Positions 1 to 7,608 are shown, counted from the first letter of the stretch. The stretch: DNA of 9,115 nt from Vitrella brassicaformis CCMP3155 (GCA_001179505.1 CDMY01000946.1:1-9115); one strand, 5' to 3'. Notes: generated from the sequence alone by a model not told the origin. Numbers and translations are program-made.

Positions 1-2321
1 GCGTGGACTTGGAGTGGGTGTATCTGATGAATGTCTGTGTGCGCACACCTGCGCATGCACGTTTGGACTTGGAGTGTGTGCATATGAGGAATGTCTCTGT
101 GCGCACACGCACGTGTCGACTTGGAGGGCTTGCGTAGGATGAATTTCTTTGTGCGCACACCTGCGCATGCACGTTTGGACCTGGAGTGTGTGCATATGAG
201 GAATGTCTCTGTAAGCAGGTGTGCGCACACGCACGTGTCGACTTGGATGGCTTGCATATGATGAATGTCTCGGTGCGCACACCTGCGCATGCACGTTCGG
301 ACTTGGAGTGTGTGTGTGTGTGTGTGTATATGCTGAATGTCTCGGTGCGCACACCTGCACATGTACGTTGGGACTTGGAGTGCGTGTATCTAATGAATGT
401 CTCTGTACGCAGATGTGCGCACACGCACGTGTCGACTTGGAGGGTTTGCATATGATGAATATCTGTATGCGCACACCTGCCCATGCACGTTTGGACTTGG
501 AGTGGGTGTATATGATGAATGTCTCTATGCGCACACCTGCGCATGCACGTTTGGACTAAGAGTGGGTGTATATGATGAATGTCTCTCTGCGCACACCTGT
601 GCATGCACGTTTGGACTAAGAGTGTCTTCATGCACGTTTGGACTAAGAGTGTGTGTATATGATGAATATCTCTGTGCGCATACCTGCGCATGCATGCGTC
701 GACTTGGAGTGGGTGTATATGATGAATGTGACTTGGAGTGTGTATATATGAGGAATGTCTCTATTCGCATACCTGCGCATGCACGCGTGGACTTGAAGTG
801 GGTGTATATAGGATGAGTGTCTGTATGCGCACACTGCGCATGCATGCGTCGACTTGGAGTGTGTGTATCTGATGAATGTCTCAGTGCGTACACCTGCGCA
901 TGCACGTTTGGACCTGGAGTGTGTGCATATGAAGAATGTCTCTGTGCGCACACGCACGTGTCGACTTGGAGGGCTTGCATAGGATGAATGTCTGTGTGCG
1001 CACACCTGTGCATGCACGTTTGGACCTGGAGTGTGTGCATATGAGGAATGTCTCCGTAAGCAGGTGTGCGCACACGCACGTGTCGACTTGGATGGCTTGC
1101 ATATGATGAATGTCTGTGTGCGCACACTGCGCATACACGTTTGGACTCGCACACCTGCGCATGCATGCGTGGACTTGGAGTGTGCGCATGCATGCGTGGA
1201 CTTGAAGTGTGTGTATATGATGAATTTCTCTGCGCAGATGCATGTGTGGGCTTTGAGTGTGTATATATGAAAAAATGTCTACGTGCGCACACTGCGCATG
1301 TACGTTTGGACTTGGAGTGTGTGTATGTGATGAATGTCTCAGTGCGTACACCTGCGCATGCACGTTTGGACTTGGAGTGGGTATATCTGATGAAGGTCTG
1401 TATGCGCACACCTGCGCATACACGTTTGGACTTGGAGTGGGTGTATATGATGAATGTCTCTTGGAGTGTGTGTATATGATGAACGTCTCTATTCGCATAC
1501 CTGCGCATGCACGCGTGGACTTGGAGTGGGTGTATCTGATGAATGTCTGTGTGCGCACACCTGCGCATGCACGTGTGGACTTGGAGTGGGTGTATATGAT
1601 GAATGTCTCAGTGCGTACACCTGCGCATGCACGTTTGGACTTGGAGTGCGTGTATCTGATGAATGTCTGTGTGCGCACACCTGCGCATGCACGTTTGGAC
1701 CGGGAGTGCGTGCATATGAGGAATGTCTCTGTGCGCACACGCACGTGTCGACTTGGAGGGCTTGCATATGACGAATGTCTGTGTGCGCACACCTGCGCAT
1801 GCACGTTCGGACTTGGAGTGTGTGTATAGGATGAATGTCCGTGTGCGCACACCTGCGCATGTACGTTTGGACTTGGAGTGTGTGTGTGTGTGTATATGAT
1901 GAATGTCTGTATGCGCACACCTGCACATGCACGTGTCGACTTGGAGTGGGTGTATCTGATGAATGTCTCTATGCGCACAGCTGCACATGCATGCACCCAG
2001 AGTGTGTGTATATGATGAATGTCTGTGTGCGCACACCTGCGCATGTACGTTTGGACTTGGAGTGTGTGTATATGATGAATATCTCTGTGCGCACACCTGC
2101 GCATGCATGCGTCGACTTGGAGTGTGTGTATATGATGAATGTGACTTGGAGTGTGTGTATATGATGAATGTTCGACGTGGAATGTGTGTATATGATGAAT
2201 GTCTGTATGCGCACACCTGCGCCTTTGGACTTCGAGTTTCTGTACATACTGAATGTCTGTGTGCGCACACCTGCGCATGCACATTTGGTCCTGGAGTGCG
2301 TGTATTTGATGAATGTTTCTG
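1..2321 (+). repeat. 60-bp tandem repeat (minisatellite/satellite) array, about 43 full or partial units, truncated by the left window edge
   Basis: Consensus GACTTGGAGTGTGTGTATATGATGAATGTCT(C/G)TGTGCGCACACCTGCGCATGCACGTTTG (60 nt). GAC(T/C)TGGAG-type anchors read at 6, 66, 118, 178, 240, 300, 372, 434, 494, 554, 614, 641, 701, 730, 790, 851, 911, 963, 1023, 1085 ... 1518, 1578, 1638, 1698, 1750, 1810, 1870, 1938, 2054, 2114, 2143, 2174, 2228, 2288. Spacing is mostly 60, with 52, 62, 72 and 27-31 nt variants. Units degrade toward 2321. Confidence 0.97.
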
Positions 2322-2972
2322 ATGCGAAGCGGACCCTTCGGATCGTGATTCTGCCCATCTGGGACGCAACGTGGAAGTATCGTGGCTGCTTCGAGGCACG
2401 CCTATCCGTCCGTCAGGTGCGCAGAGAGGCCACATGGATGAATGGATGGATGAATGTATGCATGACGCATATGTGTGCACACACGCCTGCCTGTCTATCT
2501 CGCCTATCTGTCCCTTCGCCACTGTGGGCTTCCCCGCAGCCCAGTGTCCGTGTCAGTCGCCCTTTATATGCAGTGCACAACCTGTGTCTATTCTGTGCCT
2601 GTGCCGTGCGCATGCGTAGAGAGAGATACATGCTTGTGTGACTGACTCGTGTGTATCCTCGCTATTCGCCTATGTTATGGTGCATTCACGGTGGATACAT
2701 GTGGGTATGACAAGGAGAAGTAGAGGAGAAGACGGAGATGCTCGTACACGCCAGTGTGTCTGTCTGCCGTGATGTGTTGTGTTTGCCATTGCTTGTCGCA
2801 GTAGTGTGTTCATGGAGCCACCGGCAGCCAGGCATACATGCAGTGCAAGTGAGGTCTATGTATGATGCATAGCCGATAGCCGACTGGTTGCTTCGTTTGT
2901 TGAGCTGCATGCATGATCGTCGATCACTGGCTGCTGGGGTTGACAAGCCCTTTAGCCGTACAGCTCGCTTAC

Positions 2973-3229
2973 CAGAAAGATCCGGCTTTGCCCAGCTTGA
3001 TTGCGTTGCGTATTCGCTTCATCGGCCTTCGGCAGCGTGTTTGCATCCTCGTGTTGCGTCGTTCGTGGACCTCGTGGACCCGTGTGCATCGTCGTGGTGT
3101 TCCGTGCGCGTGTGCATCGTCGTCTTCGTGTGCATCTTCGTCGTCGTGTTCATCTTTCAAGAGCTTATCTCCCACGTCACCCGTCGGAGCGAAGTCACCT
3201 TCCCCATCATCCCACTCGTGAGCCACACA
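2973..3229 (-). other. Possible exon with an acidic Asp/His-rich low-complexity segment
   Basis: Minus-strand ACGCAG acceptor (ending 3230) and GTAAGC donor (starting 2972) bracket one open frame CVAHEWDDGEGDFAPTGDVGDKLLKDEHDDEDAHEDDDAHAHG...AGSF. No family recognised. Confidence 0.25.
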
Positions 3230-3459
3230 CTGCGTGTCCGAGTGTGTGTCTCACTCGCGATCTAGAGCAGGCAGTGAGTCAGCTCTGTATTGAGACAGCC
3301 ACCCCCCGCCTCTCACTGTCTGTCTTTTGAACGGGCGGTGGCGCGAGCAGCCCCTCTCTTGTCCTCTTCCATTCGCCGCTACCCTACTTCGCCGTTGCTT
3401 ATACTCGACAGTCACAGATAAGCCACTCAGACAGGCCAGAGAGGAGCCGTTCGTATCAA

Positions 3460-3961
3460 TACGCACACGTGCGCACAGAGACATTCATCATATACGCACA
3501 CTCCTAGTCCAAACGTGCATGCGCAGGTGTGCGCACAGAGACATTTATCATCTACACACCCCGCAAGTCGACGCGTGCATGCGCAGGTGTGCGGACATAG
3601 ACATTCATCATATACGCACACTCCAAGTCGATGTGTGCATGCGACAGAGACATTCATCATATACGCACACTCCAAGTCGTCGCGTGCCTGCGCAGGTGTG
3701 CGCATACAGAAACATGCATCATATGCACGCACTCCAAATCACTGCGCACAGAAACATTCATCATATGCACACACTCCTAGTCCAAACGTGTATGCGCAGG
3801 TGTGCGCACAGAGACATTTATCATCTACACACACTGCAAGTCGACGCGTGCATGCACAGGTGTGCGCACATACACACACTCCACGTCGACACGTGCATGC
3901 CCAGGTGTACGCACAGAGACATTCATCATATACGCACATACTCCACGTCCAAACGTGCATG
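3460..3961 (-). repeat. Second array (~8 units) of the same 60-bp repeat in inverted orientation
   Basis: The plus strand reads CAAACGTGCATGCGCAGGTGTGCGCACAGAGACATTCATCATATACGCACACTCCAAGTC-like units, the reverse complement of the left-array consensus. The match ends at ...GTCCAAACGTGCATG (3961). The left edge is uncertain by about 10 nt. Confidence 0.95.
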
Positions 3962-4078
3962 TCGACATGTCCGCCATTTGCCCACCTCATGACCACGTAG
4001 ATGAAGTCTTGGTTTCGCCAGATTTCAAGCACGTCACAGAGGTTCCTATGGCTGCATCTTCAGCTTCTCGCACACACA
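3962..4078 (-). pseudogene. Protein kinase fragment (subdomains III/IV-V, CAMK-like hinge region), interrupted by the repeat array
   Basis: Minus strand 4050->3970 translates HRNLCDVLEIWRNQDFIYVVMRWANGG, resembling the eukaryotic kinase pattern H-P-N-I-V-x-L-x-E-V-F-E-x-x-x-x-I-Y-I-V-M-E-Y-A-x-G-G. The adjacent frame gives CVCEKLKMQP (4078-4049), which joins it if 2 nt were lost (CCACAT->CCAT); alternatively a CAG acceptor lies just upstream of the His codon. No HRD, DFG or APE motif was seen in the window. Recognised by eye only. Confidence 0.6.
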
Positions 4079-4730
4079 TGGGGCTGCAGGCGTCATGAGC
4101 CATCTGGTGGGTGACAGCCGGCGCCAGAGGATGGGCGAAAGGGGGGAGAGAGGGGGAGGCTGCGGGAAAATGTCATGTGCTATGGACAACTCCGGGGTGG
4201 CTGGTTGTGTGTCAGCATGCTGACTTGCAATGGATGGGTCCGCCTCGTCTTGAATTTGGATGGGCACTGAGGTGCAAAGACAACATCGATAATGGGAAAA
4301 ATTAGCGGACGGCTCCAGAGAAGAAGGAAGGCAGTCCGCATCAACGGAGAGGGGGAGGGGGACAGGGCAAGCGGCGTGGCCGTGTGTTGCTGCAGGGCGT
4401 ACAGACAGCTGACGGACCGGCACAATATCGACACAGGGCGGCCCGCCAGCCATCAACCAAGCTCTGCTGCCCACCCACCCAGCGGCCATAGTTAGACAGG
4501 GCCGACTGCACATGGCTGTTCGGCCAAGTCAGCAGCCGAAATAACGAAAAAGAGGTGGCCGGAGCAGCAGCAGAAGAGACTGGCTGGTCGCCTGGTGACG
4601 GCAGGCTGGGAGGCGAGGGCATGGGGAAGAGGGCCGAGCCTGGTCAGGAGGTGGCTCAAGCAAGGGCGCGCTGGACGTGACGAAGCAAAGACTCTCGGTT
4701 GCCATAGGTGTGCACGTCGGGAAAGAAGCT

Positions 4731-4745
4731 GTTGGTTGGTTGGTT
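4731..4745 (+). repeat. (GTTG)n short microsatellite
   Basis: GTTGGTTGGTTGGTT read directly. Confidence 0.8.
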
Positions 4746-5203
4746 ATTGTGTTTAACGAGACTCGTGTCTGTAACCTCGAAGGGATCCTGTCGTCTCACG
4801 CACTAAACTAGCAGCATGTACATGCAAAGCATGCACACGGCCTGTCTACCCCTCCCTACACTGGCACCGGCGGACAAACAGATGGCAACAGAGAGCACTG
4901 CCTGCCTTGTAGAACGTTGACAAACACCGATTCCGGCTACATACACAAGAACGGGCGCTGTCGCCCAGCAAGAGCCATGGCAAGTGTACAGCTGTGCGTT
5001 CCAGGCGGCAGGCAATTCCGCCCAAGCTCGCAGCTAAGCTCGCAGCGCATCATGGGACTAGGCCGGTGGCCACTCCGCCCTTCCGTGAATCCGTGCAGCA
5101 ATCCCGAATCGAAGGCACTCTTCCCTAGCCTGGTTCATACACCCCTCTGCTTCTTCTGCCCTGCTTCCAGATCTCTTCTCTCCGTTCGTCTTTTCTTGAA
5201 AAG

Positions 5204-5346
5204 ATGGCCTCGGTAAGCAAAGCACGATGCAAGAGGAAGGTGAGCGCAGACGAGGAGATGGAAAAAGCGTGTGTGCGCTCTGATGCTTGCATTCCTTCAT
5301 GCAGAAGGAGGAGCCAACTCACAGCACTGCACTCCCCTTTCGGCTG
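5204..5346 (+). CDS. Possible 5' extension of NTPase-nuclease gene: micro-exon 5204-5212 (MAS), intron 5213-5304, exon continuing from 5305 (KEEPTHSTALPFRL)
   Basis: AAAGATGGCCTCG|GTAAGC is a strong phase-0 donor. TTCATGCAG|AAG at 5304/5305 is a phase-0 acceptor in the same frame as ATG 5347. It would add 17 aa (678 aa total). Confidence 0.4.
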
Positions 5347-5560
5347 ATGACGGCGGCAGTGCTATGGGTTCTCTCCTGTGTCCTTGTGCCTGGAGCGGCC
5401 AGCACCGCGAGGTCAGCAGCCTTTCTCCATCCCCGAGGGTATCACAAGGCGACGCTGGGCAAGTGGCAGAGGGCAACGTCGGCACGTCGGCGCTTGCCTG
5501 TGCGTCCTGTTCGCATTACGAGCCCAAAGGCGACGACGTCAAGCAAGAAGAGAGAAGAGG
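5347..5560 (+). CDS. Exon 1 of NTPase-nuclease gene: signal peptide + basic transit-peptide-like segment
   Basis: MTAAVLWVLSCVLVPGAASTARSAAFLHPRGYHKATLGKWQRATSARRRLPVRPVRITSPKATTSSKKREE, then donor G|GTGAGC at 5561. The frame is open upstream to 5287. Confidence 0.65.
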
Positions 5561-7608
5561 GTGAGCGAAAGGAGGTTGGGGCGGAGAGGGGCACAGCTGG
5601 CGGGTGCCACACGTACGTCTGCATGCATTGGAGCCCTGCGTGCGTGCGTGTGTGTGTGTGTGTGTGTGTGCAGCTGAGCGAAGGGAAATTACCATTGCAG
5701 ACTTATTACGCCTCCAGCAACTCAAAGATCGGAGACCCCCAGTGGAGGGTGTGCCATCTATTAATCTTGGTCCAAGGGACCCTCCTGTCTTCATCGGCCG
5801 TGACGCGCAGCTGAAGGACGCGATGCAGAAGGTCATGCAGTGGTACGAGGCACGGCCTGAGGACTATGGCGACTCTTTTCGGATCCCCCCGATGTCGCTC
5901 ACTCGATATGGTACGCGTTCAAGGCGAGATGTGGCGAACATGAAAGTGCACTGCTCCTCTATTGTGCGTGTGTGCTCGCATTGCAGTGCGTGGAGGAAAG
6001 ACGCGCATGCTGAAGGAGATCGGGCAAGAGCTGCTCGCCAAGGGGATCCCTGCCATCTACGTGACCTTCAACGACATCACCACCGCCAGTCGCTGGGAGA
6101 GAGACAACGAACCGCCACCTTTACAGCGGCTGCTTTCGCGGATCGGCTGGGCGGTGGCCACCGATGAGGCGAGGGGGCTTGTGGACAACAATTTCAACAC
6201 GTGGACGGCAACGATGGACGTGTCGGAAGACACAGTGGCGGACTGGTTGGGTCAGCACGGTTGCGTGCTCTTAATTGACGAGCTGAACAAGCTGATTACC
6301 AACGTCCAAGGAGGCAAGCCTGGGGAGGCCGTGGCTGGCTTTCTCAAGGACAGCTTCATCGACAGACGGAACCGCTACCTCATCTTTTCCAGTCATTCTA
6401 CCGCTACGGGCAACAAGCTGGCCGTGTTCATTCAAAGCCCAAGTGATCGTCACGTCGTTCGGCCTAGCCTGCCAGTGATCACGACGCCAGACGAGGCCAC
6501 ATGCATCAACCAGGCTGCTAGGAAGGGAGCGGTCTGCTATCTTGGGCTGACACCCGCTCTGGTGCATGAAGCCTACAACGAGATGGGCGGCAGTGTTCAT
6601 GATTGCGCCAAGGATACCTTCAGCCGACTCGCGGCACCACCTCTCGATACAGCAACGGTGGAATGCGTCATTATGATGTCCCTCGAGGGGGACATGCGGT
6701 GGGTGGAGGGCCTTGCCGAGTGGTCACAGGCGCTGGATGCGTTTGTTGGTGGTCCAGTCGGCACGGACATCTCACACACCTGGCCCCCATGCTTCCTCGC
6801 GGCCGCCTGTGATCGCCTGTCTCGCGCTACCCGCACGGACATCACACTCGGTGTTCGTCAGGGAACGGGACTCATTCGCGATGGCCTCCGACAGCTGGCT
6901 GAGGCGGATGACCGCTCCGGCAAGCAGTGGGAGGGTGCTTGTCAGGCAGCCATCATCCAACGGATGCTGCAGAGCGACTTGATGGGTGTCCCGCGGCCTG
7001 GTCCGACCCTTTCTGACAAAGCCAGACAGCTGCTGCCCCCTTGCATTCTTGATGGTGCGTAAAACAGATGCACACACGGGCACAAGAGGTCCTCCCGGCT
7101 GTTGGCCAAACTTGTTGCCTCTCTGCGTGTGGGTCTGTCAGGACTGTGTTCATTCGGAGGCACTTTTGAGCCCACTGGTTTCGGAAGGCCTCTCATTCGG
7201 CCGGATCGCACCGCGGACATCCCGTATCTTCGCGAGCTGGTTGAACGGGAGGCGGCACGCAAGGGGCTTCATCAAGGCCAAACATCTCTCTTCGTGAGGC
7301 CCGCCGTGAGCGACTTCCCCGCGTATGATTTCTTTATCTTCATCTTGAACAACGGCCGGGTGGAGGAGATTTGGGGCTACCAGTGCAAGACAGGCAAGGA
7401 GAAACCCTCAGATGAGCAGACGCGCGCCCTGACCGATGAAGTGGATGTGTCAGTGTGGCTGAAGGGGGAGGCGGGATCGAGGCAGACTCGGTCGCAGTAT
7501 GGGTACATCATCGCGTCTCGAGCAGCCATTGAAGACTTGTTTGGCTTCAGTCTCAGGCGCACATGCCCCCTCCGCTGGCTGCTAGACCCGAGGGTGTGGG
7601 TTGACTAG
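5347..7608 (+). CDS. Crinkler/RHS-like P-loop NTPase (STAND/AAA+-like) + PD-(D/E)xK nuclease fusion with N-terminal signal/transit-like leader; join(5347..5560,5674..5910,5987..7054,7142..7608), 661 aa
   Basis: Three GT-AG introns (5561-5673 GTGAGC..TGCAG, 5911-5986 GTACGC..TTGCAG, 7055-7141 GTGCGT..GTCAG), all phase 1, splice four separate ORFs into one uninterrupted frame (1986 nt including TAG). Motifs: FIGR (5790-5801), Walker A-like RYVRGGKT (split by intron 2), IYVTF strand, Walker B VLLIDE (6265-6282), sensor-like YLIFSSH, LGLTPAL, nuclease GKQWE (6919-6933), P-x4-FPAYD (7300-7329), QCK (7381-7389). The true start may be upstream (ATG 5204 micro-exon). Confidence 0.85.
5648..5670 (+). 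repeat. (GT)n microsatellite immediately upstream of the intron 1 acceptor
   Basis: 23-nt perfect GT alternation directly followed by CAG at 5671-5673. Confidence 0.95.
5674..5910 (+). CDS. Exon 2 of NTPase-nuclease gene (pre-Walker A region with FIGR motif)
   Basis: Acceptor TGTGCAG ends at 5673 and donor G|GTACGC starts at 5911. Translation AERREITIADLL...PPVFIGRDAQLKDAM...MSLTRY. Confidence 0.85.
5987..7054 (+). CDS. Exon 3 of NTPase-nuclease gene (NTPase core, helical region, start of nuclease)
   Basis: 1068-nt open exon inside ORF 5962..7062, with acceptor TTGCAG (5986) and donor G|GTGCGT (7055). Contains GGKT, VLLIDE and GKQWE. Confidence 0.92.
7142..7608 (+). CDS. Exon 4 of NTPase-nuclease gene (PD-(D/E)xK-like nuclease core)
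   Basis: Acceptor GTCTGTCAG (7141). Translation GLCSFGG...VRPAVSDFPAYDFFIF...IWGYQCKTG...LDPRVWVD, stop TAG 7606-7608. A further donor at 7594 (GTGTGG) cannot be excluded. Confidence 0.88.

Noticed and set aside
1-2321. CRISPR-like appearance (recurring palindromic motif at regular spacing)
   Set aside because: The whole unit is repeated, there are no unique spacers and no cas genes, and the context is an intron-containing eukaryote.
186-2522. Many long overlapping Cys/His-rich ORFs on both strands (up to 467 aa, e.g. 881..2284 minus)
   Set aside because: They lie within a 60-bp (20-codon) repeat whose consensus lacks stops in several frames. The frames switch at repeat indels and occur on both strands with no domain signature. 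They are artefacts of the repeat.
3400-3463. Minus-strand RIDTNGS at the inner edge of the right array, resembling kinase DRIVEKGS and suggesting the kinase resumes there
   Set aside because: The RI codons overlap repeat-like bases, the similarity fades at once, and no HRD or DFG follows. Too weak to support.
1-3961. Telomeric or subtelomeric repeat
   Set aside because: There are no TTAGGG/TTTAGGG-type tracts. A subtelomeric location cannot be judged from this window.
3327-4098. ORFs 3327..3992, 3427..3732, 3515..4000, 3802..4098 and the repeat-derived part of 3739..4032
   Set aside because: These are translations of the inverted repeat array. Only the non-repeat N-terminal part of 3739..4032 (kinase-like) is retained.
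4230-4270. Minus-strand VPIQI, two substitutions away from kinase VAIKI
   Set aside because: This needs assumed mutations at the key Lys, and no glycine-rich loop is visible upstream. It could be chance.
4046-5322. Short ORFs on both strands between the kinase remnant and the nuclease gene, and a possible bidirectional promoter
   Set aside because: There are no recognisable domains or consistent splice model, and no promoter element can be identified from sequence alone.
6271-7562. Antisense and off-frame ORFs overlapping exons 3-4 (e.g. 6271..6600, 6772..7083, 6942..7262)
   Set aside because: These are shadow ORFs of a GC-rich coding region, without motifs.
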